Counted from the first letter of the stretch, positions 1 through 10,685 are shown. The stretch: DNA of 64,000 bases from Planctomycetota bacterium (GCA_030616775.1 JAUWWQ010000006.1:1-64000), one strand, 5' to 3'. The notes: generated by a model from the letters alone, not told the origin. A program made the numbers and translations.

Positions 1-176
1 CGCCGAAAACCTAAGGTTTCCTGGGGAAGGTAAATCCGCCCAGGGTTAGGCGGGCCCTAAGACGAGGCTGAAAGGCGTAGTCGATGGACAGCAGGTTAAT
101 ATTCCTGCCCTTCGTTGCGAGATCAATCCGTAGTGCGTTTCCTTTAGCTGCAGCCCACGATAAGACGTGAGGGTTG

Positions 177-247
177 CCCCGCACCAATTTCGGGCTCTGG
201 GGTTCTTCCCCCCGGAGGCACTTGCAGAACCCGAAATTGGTGCGGGG
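177..247 (+). repeat. Intervening-sequence-like hairpin insertion in 23S (IVS-a), bounded by CCCCGCACCAATT...AATTGGTGCGGGG
   Basis: Arms 'ccccgcaccaatttcgggctctgg' and 'cagaacccgaaattggtgcgggg' are reverse complements. The flanking sequence is conserved 23S. The same inverted-repeat core recurs in two other insertions. Confidence 0.6.
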
Positions 248-381
248 TCGAGGCCGATTTGTTGCCGAAGTGTGGCAAGAGGGAACCGAGAAAAGCTGCG
301 GTGGCGAGCAGCGGATCCGTACTAAAACTGACACAGGTAGGTGAGGCGCGAAGCCTAAGGCGCTCGAGAGAACCGTCCTTA

Positions 382-423
<42 letters not shown>

Positions 424-428
424 CCCGT

Positions 429-499
429 CCCCGCACCAATTATGGCTTTGAGCGATCTGCACTCGTTGCAGTGGCCTCCGAGCCCTAATTGGTGCGGGG
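429..499 (+). repeat. IVS-like hairpin insertion in 23S (IVS-b), region equivalent to helix 63, same CCCCGCACCAATT/AATTGGTGCGGGG ends
   Basis: 'ccccgcaccaattatggctttgag...ctccgagccctaattggtgcgggg'. It sits between the conserved 'ccccgtaacttcgggataagg' and 'actgtttatcaaaaacacag' blocks. Confidence 0.6.
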
Positions 500-681
500 C
501 GGGCGCAGAGAATCGGCAGCGGCGACTGTTTATCAAAAACACAGGTCTCTGCAAACACGTAAAGTGGACGTATAGAGACTGACGCCTGCTCGGTGCGGGA
601 ATGTTAAGGAAGTCGGTTATTTGCCTTCGGGTGGAGAAGCTGGCGACCGAAGCACCCGTAAACGGCGGCCCTAACTATGAG

Positions 682-722
<41 letters not shown>

Positions 723-1179
723 GCGCATGAATGGCGTAACGACTGCTGCACTGTCTCAAGGACGGACTCGGTGAAATTGGACTTGTGGTGAAGATACCAC
801 ATACCCGCGGCAAGACGGAAAGACCCCGTGAACCTTTACTGTAGCCTGATATTGGTCACAGACACCACATGCGTAGGATAGGTGGGAGGCGATGATCCGG
901 CGGCTCCGGCCGTCGGGGAGCCATCCTTGAAATACCACCCTTGTGCTGTTTGTTACCTCACTCCGACCCGTGAATCCGGGCGGAGGACAGTGTTAGGTGG
1001 GCAGTTTGACTGGGGCGGTCTCCTCCTAAAGAGTAACGGAGGAGTGCAAAGGTCGGCTCAGCGCGGTTGGCAATCGCGTTTCGAGTGTAAAGGCACAAGC
1101 CGGCTTAACTGCGAGACGTACCTGTCAAGCAGATACGAAAGTAGGCCTTAGTGATCCGGTAGTCCCGTGTGGAAGGGCT

Positions 1180-1223
<44 letters not shown>

Positions 1224-1241
1224 TCCCCCGAGCGTTCATAG

Positions 1242-1272
<31 letters not shown>

Positions 1273-1295
1273 CCATCACATCCTGGGGCTGAAGG

Positions 1296-1354
<59 letters not shown>

Positions 1355-1553
1355 GCGCGAGCCAGGTCGGTCCCTATCTGCCGTGGGCGTACGAGACTTG
1401 AGAGGAGATCTCCTTAGTACGAGAGGATTAGGAGGTACGTGCCGCTGGTGTACCAGCTGTCCCGCTCGGGGCACCGCTGGGTAGCTAAGCACGGAAAGGA
1501 TAACCGCTGAATGCATCTAAGCGGGAAGCCCCCCTCGAGACAAGGTCTCGATT

Positions 1554-1620
1554 CCCGCACCAATTCTGCTCATTGGGGTCGTGCTAAGTCACGATTGTCA
1601 GTGGGTAGAATTGGTGCGGG
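1554..1620 (+). repeat. IVS-like hairpin insertion in 23S (IVS-c), near the 3' end (helix 98 region), same CCCGCACCAATT/AATTGGTGCGGG ends
   Basis: 'cccgcaccaattctgctcattgggg...gtgggtagaattggtgcggg' lies between the conserved 'ggataaccgctgaatgcatctaagcgggaagcc' and 'gtgtaagcacagagatgtgttgagctgacccgtactaatgg'. Confidence 0.6.
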
Positions 1621-2103
1621 ATGAAGGCCCCTGGAAGACTACCAGGTCGATAGGCGGGAGGTGTAAGCACAGAGATGTGTTGAGCTGACCCGTACTAATG
1701 GCCAAACGCTTGGCCGCACTCATGAGCGGCTGTCGGGCATCCTTCCAGCCGTGGTTATCGTCCTTAAGCGCCTGTGCGTCCGTTTCTTCAATTGCCAAAG
1801 AACGTGTATGCAACCCGGGTTGCCTGCTTGCGACCCGGGTTTTCTGTAGGTCCACATCGATATGACAGTGGCACAACTGCGGCTGGCCTGCCCCCATTTT
1901 ATGTACCAGCCGTTATGAGAGTCGAAGCCTGTTCCTTTCGCATAGTAGTCAGCCCACGTCGTAATCGAAGTCATGGTGGCAACTGGATATGCGAGCCGCG
2001 CAGTGAGCACGGATAGACTCGCTGGCAGCCTTGAGATTGACACTACCGACAGCGCCCACGCCGCAGTGGGAGTGGCCATGGCTATCGTTACTATTCGTAT
2101 GAA

Positions 2104-2310
2104 GTGCCAGGCTCCGGTCAGTTTCGTTTCCGTGAACACCCTGAGAAGATGCGGGCGGAAACACTCCATGAAGGCAAGTACATCCTCAAGACCAATAGCA
2201 AAGACCTCGACGCGAGCGAGGCCGTGGGCGTCTACAAGGAACTGGACACGGTGGAGTCCGGCTTTCGAGACCTCAAAGACGTCATCAAGATGCGCCCGGT
2301 CTATCACAAG
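2104..2310 (+). pseudogene. Truncated C-terminal remnant of an IS1634/IS4-family (DDE_Tnp_1) transposase
   Basis: The translation 'GKYILKTNSKDLDASEAVGVYKELDTVESGFRDLKDVIKMRPVYHKTD' matches the characteristic C-terminal Y(K/R)xxWxIExxFRxLKxxLxxRP(V/I)xH motif of IS4/IS1634 transposases. There is no upstream catalytic region, and the fragment overlaps the 3' end of the sigma-factor gene on the opposite strand. Confidence 0.55.
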
Positions 2311-2344
2311 ACGGATGGGCCCAACAGGTGGTGGGACGCAAACG

Positions 2345-3127
2345 CTATGCGACGAACTCTTCAGACAGTGTCTCGCCGAAGCGGTGCCGGAGGCGTTGGA
2401 GGATCTCTTTGTGAATCTGACTGACGCGGGATTCCGAGAGATTGAGCACGCTGCCGATCTCTGCCATTGTCATGTCCTCGAAATAATAGAGTATCAGGAC
2501 GAGCCGCTCCTCCCGGGCAAGCCCCCTCCCGAGATGGTCGGTCAATAGCTCGCGCGTGACCTTGACAGCCGGATCCTCGCTATGCGGATCACGAATGTCC
2601 CAGTTGTGTGAAGACCCCTGCGACCGGCGGTCACCGGAGGGCTCCATCGCGCTGAAGTGTACTTCCTTGCCCAGTTGCGAGAGGCGGGACAGATAGTCGT
2701 ACCGGTCCACGCTCATTTCCAGCCGTCTGGCCAGCTCGCGCTGCGACGGACAGAACTCCAGGTCTGTCCCCAGGGCCTCTTTGGCCATCATACGCTTCTT
2801 TTCAAAGGTGCGGACCGTACGGCTTTGTGGATCGAGGCTCCGCAACCAGTCCATCACCGCCCCGGAAATTCGCTGCTGGCAGAACGTCTCGAACTTGGCC
2901 TTGCGCTTGGGGTCGTAGGCCTCCGCGGCTTCAATGAGCCCGTCGAAGGCGGCGCTGCAGATCTCATCATAAGAGACCTGCGCCGGTAGCCTCCGTGATA
3001 ACCGCGCAGCGTGGGCGTGGACTAGAGGACTGTAGTACACAACGATCTTGTTGCGTAACTCGGTAGACCGTTTTTCAAGGTAGCGCTTCCACAACTCATC
3101 GATCGACAGCTTCTTATCAACCATCAA
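2345..3127 (-). CDS. fliA: RNA polymerase sigma factor, FliA/WhiG (sigma-28) subfamily
   Basis: 260 aa. Sigma-70 region 2 ('YDPKRKAKFETFCQQRISGAV') and region 4 ('RLVLILYYFEDMTMAEIGSVLNLSESRVSQIHKEIL') are present. A GGAGA Shine-Dalgarno sits 6 nt upstream of the ATG. Confidence 0.8.
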   Translation of the reverse strand: MMVDKKLSIDELWKRYLEKRSTELRNKIVVYYSPLVHAHAARLSRRLPAQVSYDEICSAAFDGLIEAAEAYDPKRKAKFETFCQQRISGAVMDWLRSLDPQSRTVRTFEKKRMMAKEALGTDLEFCPSQRELARRLEMSVDRYDYLSRLSQLGKEVHFSAMEPSGDRRSQGSSHNWDIRDPHSEDPAVKVTRELLTDHLGRGLAREERLVLILYYFEDMTMAEIGSVLNLSESRVSQIHKEILQRLRHRFGETLSEEFVA

Positions 3128-3575
3128 AGGTCTCCGAATAGCGGGTCCAATCCAAGCGGCGTTACTCCCAAGACGCCGACCGGCTTACTCTTTGCGAGAC
3201 ATCTAACATTGGGTTATTTAGGCATACTGGTTAGGATGTGGGAATAGGATAAAATCGACTTTGCTGGCCACGTGACTTTAGGGTAAATAACTCGATTCCC
3301 TCGGCATTCAGCCACTGTTCGGCTGCCCCACCACCACGAGTTAAACTGAGACCTGAGATTGTCCCGCTGTGGTTGCCAGGTGCTGCATTTGGGCTCCCCT
3401 CTCCGCTGTTCGCACGTCGTTTGCGGACCTTACAGGTGACAGCCAGGACCTTGGCCCAGGACCGTCCCTCAGCCAGTGATATAGCCCGGTAAACGCCACC
3501 GGCCACTTTGACCACTTGTCACTGACTGACCTGTCGTGTGGGGGCCTGGAAGTGCGCCGTTTTGCCGTTGCGCGA

Positions 3576-4337
3576 TCAGGGGCGCTGGAGGTGGGCGTCG
3601 TCGACGATTTGGCCGTCGCTAAGCGTGATCATGCGGTCGCAGTGCCGGGCCACGTTCTGGTCGTGCGTGACCACGACGACGGTCTTGCCCTCGTCGTGCA
3701 GCCGGTCGAAGATGCCCAGGAGCATTTCGCCGGTGGCGGAGTCCAGATTACCGGTCGGCTCATCGGCCAGAATCAGCAGCGGATCGTTAATCAGCGCCCG
3801 GGCGAGGGCCGCACGTTGTTGCTGCCCGCCGGAAAGCTCATTTGGACGATGATGTCCGCGATCGGCGAGGTCAACCATTTCCGCGACGTGTTGGGCCCGT
3901 TCGCGGCGGGTCCGCGCCGGACATCCTTGGTAAAAGAGGGGCACCTCCAAGTTTTCGAGGACGGTCAATTGAGGGATCAGGTTGAAGGTCTGGAACACAA
4001 ACCCGATCATTTTCCCTCGGATTTCAGAGAGCTGGTCGTCGTCCAGCCGGGACACGTCAAGCCCGCCCAGAACGTAACGGCCCGAAGTGGCACGATCGAG
4101 GCACCCGAGAAGGTTCATCAAGGTGCTCTTTCCCGAGCCGCTCTGACCGCAAATGGCAAGGGATTGGCCTTCGACGAATTCAATATCGATGTCCCGTAGG
4201 GCGAGTACCTGCACGTCGCTTCCGGGCTCGCCGTAGACCTTCGTAAGCTGTTGGATTTCTGCGATGATCACGAGTAGTACGCTATGGTGTTGAGGTGGAT
4301 TTGGGTGGCGTTCTCGTGCGAGCGTGGCTGTAGCCAT
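3576..4337 (-). CDS. ABC transporter ATP-binding protein (MacB/LolD/FtsE-like ATPase-only subunit)
   Basis: Walker A 'GQSGSGKST', Q-loop, signature '[15 protein letters not shown]', Walker B '[11 protein letters not shown]' and an H-loop. The start was chosen at an internal ATG (the ORF extends to 4454); the true start is uncertain and may be a non-ATG codon near 4270. Confidence 0.8.
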   Translation of the reverse strand: MATATLARERHPNPPQHHSVLLVIIAEIQQLTKVYGEPGSDVQVLALRDIDIEFVEGQSLAICGQSGSGKSTLMNLLGCLDRATSGRYVLGGLDVSRLDDDQLSEIRGKMIGFVFQTFNLIPQLTVLENLEVPLFYQGCPARTRRERAQHVAEMVDLADRGHHRPNELSGGQQQRAALARALINDPLLILADEPTGNLDSATGEMLLGIFDRLHDEGKTVVVVTHDQNVARHCDRMITLSDGQIVDDAHLQRP

Positions 4338-6048
4338 CTGCGCCTCTGGAATGCGGGCTGCTCGGCCGGGGTGTATCGGGCTTGTCACTGGGTGATTTGG
4401 CACGCATCGCGTCTGCTGCCGGCCGTCCTTGGACACGTTGGGACATCCCGGCACGGTAAGGGCGGGGCGGGCCAGGTGGGGCGTCGGGAATCAAACGCTT
4501 GTGCTGGTCTGTAAAGGCCAAGAGAATCTGCTCTCCGCCCGTGAGTCCGTCGGTAATCTCGGCCCATTCGGTGCCCACAGCTCCAATCGTAACCGCAACA
4601 GGCTTGACTTCCCGAGCGGCTTCCCGAAACACATAGCGCTGGCCGCTTTTGGCATAGACGGCCTGAACCGGAACCGCCAACTTGTCGTCAACATTCTCGA
4701 CCAGGATCTGGCAATAGGCAGTGACGCCGGGCTTGAGCGGGGCATCAGTGGGGTCAAGTGTGATCTCGGTCTCGTATTCCTTCAGGTCGGGGTTGAGCCA
4801 GCGATTCTGGCTGTCGGCCAGGACGGCGATCTTGCTGACCTTCCCGGCAAACTGCTGACCGGGCATGCCTTCTACCTTGACGACTACAGGTTGGCCGATA
4901 TGGAGCTTGTCCGTCTTGGCCTCATGCACCCGAACGGTAGCCATCATCTCCGAGGTATCCGGTAGCGACAGGAGGGTTTGCCGCTCGTGAACGGTGGCGC
5001 CCTCCTTGATCTGATCGCCGGACATGAAGAAACGCCGTCCGCCCCGCCCGGCATAGTAGACCACGAAGCCTTGCGTCGGAGCGTAGATCCGACACTTTTC
5101 CTTCTGAGTGCGGAGCTTGGCCAACTGATCCTGAATCAGATCGAGTTCCTTCTTCTTCCCTTCAAGTGAACGGACCTTCTTCAGCTCTTCGGCGTCGGCG
5201 TTCTTGACGATCCGCTCGCGCTCTTTGATCGCTTCCTCGAGGTCCGACTCTCGCTGTCTAGAATCAGCGACGTGTGTATAGGTTTCGAGGACCTCCAGAG
5301 CTTTGTTGGCCTTCTCGAGTTCCCACTCGGACCTTTTGAAGTTGAAATAGCTCTCGTCGTATTCAGTTTTCGTGATAAAGTTCTTGGCGCGGAGTTCTTT
5401 GTCGGCCTGGAACTCTTCGGTCCGACGTTTGAGATTGATGGTGGCCTGTTGGATGTCGATCTGGGCATCCTTGAGCGCCTGCTCCCAGTCCCCCTTCTCA
5501 TATTTCTCCAGGGCCAGCCGGTTCAGCTCTATTTTGAGGTCCGCCTTGCGGATGTCGCTGGCGTTTTTGTCTCGTTGAATCTCCAGCTCTGTTTGAGCAG
5601 CTTCATAGGCCGTGATGGAGTTGGTCTCTTTGAGTTCGTCCTGGCGGATTCGATCCTCGATCTGATCGCTGGCCAGCTCAACAAGGAGGTCGCCTTCTTT
5701 CACCGCCGTTCCTTCGGGGATCAGATAGATGATCGTGGATCGCCCCTCAACCTCGCAGATGATGTCGGTGGAGTTGGATGCCTTGAGCTCGCCCTTTTCC
5801 TCCAGCGACACCATAAACGTGCGCGGCACTACAGTGAACACGTCAATGTTGGCGAGTTGTTGGGCTGCCCGGCTCCAGCGGACCGCCGCCCAGGCGAGCC
5901 CGCCCGCCAGGGAGACCGTTACCACGATGACCGCCACCCACAGTTTGACACGTCCAGTCCTGGCCCGCGGCTGGAACGTATCCGTAAGTGCAATGGCACT
6001 CGCGCGCCTCGAAGACTCACCTGGGGAAGAGCTCAGGGTCGTGGCCAT
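4282..6048 (-). CDS. HlyD/MacA-family periplasmic adaptor (membrane fusion protein) with a long coiled coil and a Pro-rich C-terminal tail
   Basis: 588 aa. It has an N-terminal TM helix, an extended coiled-coil region and a beta-barrel/lipoyl-like C-terminal portion typical of membrane fusion proteins. It is located between the TolC-like and ABC ATPase genes. Confidence 0.8.
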   Translation of the reverse strand: MATTLSSSPGESSRRASAIALTDTFQPRARTGRVKLWVAVIVVTVSLAGGLAWAAVRWSRAAQQLANIDVFTVVPRTFMVSLEEKGELKASNSTDIICEVEGRSTIIYLIPEGTAVKEGDLLVELASDQIEDRIRQDELKETNSITAYEAAQTELEIQRDKNASDIRKADLKIELNRLALEKYEKGDWEQALKDAQIDIQQATINLKRRTEEFQADKELRAKNFITKTEYDESYFNFKRSEWELEKANKALEVLETYTHVADSRQRESDLEEAIKERERIVKNADAEELKKVRSLEGKKKELDLIQDQLAKLRTQKEKCRIYAPTQGFVVYYAGRGGRRFFMSGDQIKEGATVHERQTLLSLPDTSEMMATVRVHEAKTDKLHIGQPVVVKVEGMPGQQFAGKVSKIAVLADSQNRWLNPDLKEYETEITLDPTDAPLKPGVTAYCQILVENVDDKLAVPVQAVYAKSGQRYVFREAAREVKPVAVTIGAVGTEWAEITDGLTGGEQILLAFTDQHKRLIPDAPPGPPRPYRAGMSQRVQGRPAADAMRAKSPSDKPDTPRPSSPHSRGADGYSHARTRTPPKSTSTP

Positions 6049-6335
6049 AACGCCCCTCTTACATCAGTAGGTGCTATTGCCATTTTGGTCTGCCGGCTGA
6101 CACATCCTAGAAGATGTGCCATATACGCAGCTTACCAGTTTCGACGGTCGGACACAAACTCCGTATCCGTCAGAAGTTGTGACCACCTATTGGTCGTTAC
6201 AGAACGGTTACTGCCCTGGGACCAGTGGCTATGATGTTGTTGCGCGTATCGACCGCCGACCGGTCAACGGCAGCGACGTCCAGCCCGCGAAGTTCGCCGA
6301 ATGTCTGGGATGATTGACGCCAGCAAAGGCTAATG

Positions 6336-8156
6336 CTAACCGCCCGATCTGTGCCCGGGTCCTCCTGCATCGTCAAGTACATCGGGCGTTTCCCAGCGGC
6401 CCTGGTCTGTTACACGGAGCGTTCCGGTATCGCGACGGAACTCGAGAATCGCCACGCGATAGTCGGCTACGGCCGCGGCAAACTGGTTGCGGGCACTCAG
6501 AAGGTCGTTTTCGGCATCAACTACATCCTGGTTCGTCGTCTTTCCGAGCCTGAATTGGGCACGGGCAGCCTCTGCACGGAATTCGTTTTCCTGAACGTTG
6601 AGTTCCTGGATCTTCCGCAGGTCCTCCTGCTGGGCAATCTGGCGGAGGGCTTCGCGCACATCCGCCCGGACCGTATCCACTAACAACTCGTGGTTTCGCT
6701 CCGCGTGGCGAAGCGAGACCAACGCCGATCGGTAGGCGTTACGTTCGCTCTTTCGATCATCGATGCGCAACTGGATTCCCCCCTGCCAAGTCGTCCGTTC
6801 TTTGCGGTAGGTCAAGGGGCGAAGTTGGCTGGGATCTGAATCAAGAGTGGCGCTGCCGGTGAGATCCAGATCGGGCAGAATGCGATTCTTGGCGATCACC
6901 ACACCACGCCGTGTATCATCTACCTGGTCTGCGCTATTGAGTAGAACAAGGCGGTACTGCACGGCTACCTGCACTGCCGTTTCCCGATCGATCTCCGGAA
7001 GTAATGCATCGAGGGCTTTGCTCTCCTCGTCCTTGTCCTGCTCGACGACGTCGAGCAACGCGTCAACCGGCATTCCAATTAGAATCTTGAACCGGTCGAG
7101 GGCCAACTGGTACCGCCCCTTAGCCCTCACCAGGTCCGCTTCGGCCTGGCGCAAGTTGGATTTGGCACGGGGAGCATCGAAGATCGTCTTGCTGCGACCC
7201 ACGCGGTCGGTGAATTCCGCCCTCTCCCAGTCCTGTTTTCGATTCTGATAGCTCTTGAAAGTATTGGCGATGGCCGCTCTGGCTCCCTGGAGGCTGAAAT
7301 AGTCCGTAGCCACCTCGACCATAAACGACCGCCGGAACCGCTCGTACCACCGGACTGCGTATATCAATTCGCGCTCCGCCTGGTAACGTGACTCGTAGGC
7401 AACACGTCCGGCACCGCGAAGCAGAGGTATCTGGGCCGCAAGGATCATCTGCCCATTTTCTCCCTTGCTGACATGGTCACTTATCTCCCGCATCAGTGTG
7501 TGTATGATCCTCGCGCTGAGCTGCCCGCCTAAGGGGAGGCGCTGGGTTACGGCCGCCTCGCTGACGGTCGACATTGCCCGATCAAGATTGGTCGTCTCTC
7601 CAAAGTCCTGGTAGTCAGCTTGCACGCCGGCGGTGAACTGCGGCGTCCAGAGATGTCTTTCCAGCGACAAGTCCAGTGCGGCTAGATACAGGTCTTCCTT
7701 GGCATCCTGCAAATCGCGGGCATGCTGCATGGCGTAGGCCAGAGCGTCGGACAGGCTGAAGATTAGGACCCTGTCGAGTTCATCCTCGTTGAAGATGCCC
7801 GGTGACATTCCCACCTCGGCGGACGGTTCCCCATCGTCGGCCGCAGGTTCCCCGTCGTCCGCCGACGCCTCGGACATATCCTCGCCGGGAAGTTCGATGT
7901 TCTGACGTGGCTGCCGAAATGCCTCCGGAATCCCGGGATCGACGGGACGTGGGTTGAAACCGTAAATCCGGTCGTCCCGGCCCAGCCTGCCTGTTTCGGA
8001 ACCGATATGAGCATCGGTTGTGCTGCCCAGCGCATCCCGTTGCCGGTTGTCAATCAGTCTGTAGATGTCGCGGTCGGTCCGATCAATCAGCCAGGTTCGG
8101 CAGCCGGTGATCAGGAGCGCAGCGAAGACGAACAAAGGCAATACGGTTCTTCTCAT
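6336..8156 (-). CDS. TolC-family outer-membrane efflux protein
   Basis: 606 aa with a signal peptide and lipobox-like 'LITGC'. Two repeated alpha-helical/beta segments typical of outer-membrane efflux proteins. It is the first gene of the efflux operon. Confidence 0.75.
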   Translation of the reverse strand: MRRTVLPLFVFAALLITGCRTWLIDRTDRDIYRLIDNRQRDALGSTTDAHIGSETGRLGRDDRIYGFNPRPVDPGIPEAFRQPRQNIELPGEDMSEASADDGEPAADDGEPSAEVGMSPGIFNEDELDRVLIFSLSDALAYAMQHARDLQDAKEDLYLAALDLSLERHLWTPQFTAGVQADYQDFGETTNLDRAMSTVSEAAVTQRLPLGGQLSARIIHTLMREISDHVSKGENGQMILAAQIPLLRGAGRVAYESRYQAERELIYAVRWYERFRRSFMVEVATDYFSLQGARAAIANTFKSYQNRKQDWERAEFTDRVGRSKTIFDAPRAKSNLRQAEADLVRAKGRYQLALDRFKILIGMPVDALLDVVEQDKDEESKALDALLPEIDRETAVQVAVQYRLVLLNSADQVDDTRRGVVIAKNRILPDLDLTGSATLDSDPSQLRPLTYRKERTTWQGGIQLRIDDRKSERNAYRSALVSLRHAERNHELLVDTVRADVREALRQIAQQEDLRKIQELNVQENEFRAEAARAQFRLGKTTNQDVVDAENDLLSARNQFAAAVADYRVAILEFRRDTGTLRVTDQGRWETPDVLDDAGGPGHRSGG

Positions 8157-8508
8157 AGACTACCTCTCGCCCTATGACGCATCCATGCAGGCAAAGCCTC
8201 ATCGATACCCGGAATACTGGAGTATCGTCAATGCGTTCACACTTCCGGCAGACAGGTTCTGACGAAATCGGTACGTGAACAGCCATGTGCGAGGCCCTGG
8301 GCGTGCCAGGCTGCACGCGACCGTGGTGACCCCGTAGGGTGTACAAGCAGGTTGCTTGCCCTGCAACAGGCTCGCCACACTACCCTGACACAATAGCTCG
8401 CCTTTTGGGTCGGTAGTACAATGGGGTAGGATTAGGTCGCCTCGGGTATCGGCGCCCAGACGGGCCCTGCCGTGGGTTGAACCCGACATCCGTGACACCG
8501 GGAGGGCT

Positions 8509-9867
8509 ATGTCACAGCAGGCAACAACACTCGAATATGAGCAAGCTCACTCCCGGCATGAGGGCGCGGATGTCATCCGTGTACAACGGGGAGGTGCAGA
8601 TTGGCGTGTATCTGAAAGCTGGCAGGAGCCTCTATTGGGCTTGGGTTCGCCTGATTGGTTCGCTCTGGAACGTGAGCAGGGGGCAGTTTTCATAAAGGCG
8701 GGACACGCCCGAACGACCTGGCGGGTGACTCTGGACAGTCGCACGGTGTTCGCGAAGGTGCTCGACAACGCCGGTCTCGTGAATCGTCTGAAACACCGGG
8801 TGATCGGCGATGCGGCGCATCGCGAGTGGCGGATCTCGCGGGAGGCGGAAGCACGCGGTATCCCTGTGGTTCGGTGCCTTGCGGTGGGCGCGAGAGACAG
8901 CCCCTCGCCACGGACGGTCTTAATCTCGGAAGGCTTAACCGGTGCAGTCAGCCTTCTGGAAGCCTGGGGACGGAATGTGGAGCGGGTTAGCCATCCCCAA
9001 CGCCGCGCGGCTGGGGCCGATTTGATCCAGGTAGTGGCCCGGCTTTTTGCCGTGGCCCATGAGCGCGGCTTCGTTCATCGGGACGCTCATCCGAACAACA
9101 TCCTGGTTCATACTGCCCCATCCGGTGAAGTCGAGGCCGTTTTTGTTGATATTCATGCAGCCCGCGTGATGCGCCGGCCCGCGTCCGTGTGGCATGCTGT
9201 GGACTCACTCGCCCAGCTCGATCAGTATTTTCACCGTAGGGCCACACGAACGGAGCGATTGCGGTTCCTGCGGAGCTACCTGACGCGGCGCAGATTGGAC
9301 GATCGGTGTGTTGGCGAACGGGGGCTCGACCGAATGTACGTCGCGATGCTGGCGCGGGCTGGGGTCTCACATGCCGAGCGGCTTGCTCAACAGCGCGATC
9401 GACGGTTGCGCCGAGACGGAAAGTACTTCTCGAAGTTCTCGCTGGACGGGGGATGGACAGCGACGGTCGCATTGCAGTTGGAGCGACGTCATGTGTTCCC
9501 GGAAGCTGACGTGCCCGATCGGACTGTGGCTGACTGGCGCGCGTTCCTCGGCCCCTTGCTGCCGACCATGACCGACCTGCGTGCAACCGGTGCTACCTTC
9601 GATCACAATGGTCTACATCTGGAACTGAGGCGGTTGACACCGTTTGTCAAGCGGGTGTTTGCAGCGCTGCGTGGGACCGCGCACAGGCGGTTCTTTGAGC
9701 GGTGCCACAAACTGCGGCATCGTGACGTACCAGCCGAGTTGATCCTAGGATATGCAGAACACCGTCGGGCCGGGCTGGTCGATGCGACGATGTTGATCCG
9801 GCCGAAGCACAGCGAAACGCGGTCATTCGACATAGCGGCCCCGCCGGGAGGCTGTCGGGATGAGTGA
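8509..9867 (+). CDS. Lipopolysaccharide-kinase (Kdo/WaaP/KdkA) family kinase-fold protein with a C-terminal extension
   Basis: 452 aa. 'RTVFAKVL' glycine-loop equivalent, '[22 protein letters not shown]', and catalytic-loop '[13 protein letters not shown]' followed by 'VFVDIHAAR'. A strong AGGGAGG Shine-Dalgarno precedes the ATG at 8509. Confidence 0.65.
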   Translation: MSQQATTLEYEQAHSRHEGADVIRVQRGGADWRVSESWQEPLLGLGSPDWFALEREQGAVFIKAGHARTTWRVTLDSRTVFAKVLDNAGLVNRLKHRVIGDAAHREWRISREAEARGIPVVRCLAVGARDSPSPRTVLISEGLTGAVSLLEAWGRNVERVSHPQRRAAGADLIQVVARLFAVAHERGFVHRDAHPNNILVHTAPSGEVEAVFVDIHAARVMRRPASVWHAVDSLAQLDQYFHRRATRTERLRFLRSYLTRRRLDDRCVGERGLDRMYVAMLARAGVSHAERLAQQRDRRLRRDGKYFSKFSLDGGWTATVALQLERRHVFPEADVPDRTVADWRAFLGPLLPTMTDLRATGATFDHNGLHLELRRLTPFVKRVFAALRGTAHRRFFERCHKLRHRDVPAELILGYAEHRRAGLVDATMLIRPKHSETRSFDIAAPPGGCRDE

Positions 9868-10375
9868 GATCGAGATCGTTCGAGGCGACATAACCGAGCA
9901 ACGGGTGGATGCCATTGTCAACGCAGCCAATGAGACTTTGCTCGGTGGCGGCGGCGTGGACGGGGCAATCCATCGTGCCGCCGGACCGGGGCTGCTGAGA
10001 GAATGTCGTACTCTTGATGGTTGCGTCAGCGGCCAAGCCAAGATCACGCGTGGTTATCGGCTCCCGGCCAAGTATGTTATTCACACGGTGGGCCCTGTCT
10101 GGCGGGGAGGTGACGCGGGTGAAGCCGGGCTGCTTGCGTCTTGTTATCGATCCTCGCTGCAACTCGCACGGGAGCACGACTGTGCAGTGGTTGCCTTTCC
10201 GGCGATCAGTTGTGGGGTTTATGGCTATCCGCTTCGAGAAGCGGCCCACGTCTCGCTCGCTGCGGTCCGCAAGGAGCTCGGACAGCACCGGGAGCCCAGT
10301 CTGATACGCTGGGTGATGTTCGATGAGCCGACTTACCGGGCGTGGGTGAACGTTTACGATTCACTCGGACCTTGA
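9860..10375 (+). CDS. Macro-domain protein (ADP-ribose/O-acetyl-ADP-ribose processing, YmdB-like)
   Basis: 171 aa. '[34 protein letters not shown]...[11 protein letters not shown]...[13 protein letters not shown]' is a canonical macro domain. Its start overlaps the upstream gene by 8 nt. Confidence 0.9.
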   Translation: MSEIEIVRGDITEQRVDAIVNAANETLLGGGGVDGAIHRAAGPGLLRECRTLDGCVSGQAKITRGYRLPAKYVIHTVGPVWRGGDAGEAGLLASCYRSSLQLAREHDCAVVAFPAISCGVYGYPLREAAHVSLAAVRKELGQHREPSLIRWVMFDEPTYRAWVNVYDSLGP

Positions 10376-10685
10376 AGAATTCGCTCTGGGGCGGGCGACA
10401 CCACCGGGGCTCGTGGGATTTTGCTGCTCGGCGGAGTTGTGCTTGACAGGAATCCTGGCAATCCCAAGAATCCAGTAGTACAAAAGGCTTTAAGCAGCGT
10501 CGATCTGGCCGCTCCTGGAGAGCTTGCATTCTGCGGTGTCCAGGTGGTTTATCGCTCTCGCTGACAAAACTCCTCTTCGGCTTGCTGTTGCGGTGGAAAG
10601 CTGCGAGCCTGGACTCCTAAAGTGGGGTGTGTTGGTGACGCGGGCGTCGGCCCGATCGACAAGCGACTTGAAAGGTGGACATCCA

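Noticed and set aside
1720-2100. Searched for a 5S rRNA immediately downstream of the 23S 3' end
   Set aside because: No stretch shows the conserved 5S loop-C/helix-IV motifs (for example GAACUCAGAAGUGAAAC or CCGAACCCGG context). The only structured element is an ACCCGGGT direct-repeat hairpin at about 1815-1850. A proper CM search is still needed.
3516-4199. 227-aa ORF on the + strand
   Set aside because: Antisense shadow of the ABC ATPase gene, which has unambiguous Walker motifs.
5272-6234. 320-aa ORF on the + strand
   Set aside because: Antisense to the HlyD-family adaptor gene. Its Leu/Val/Phe-rich composition is typical of a reverse-frame artefact.
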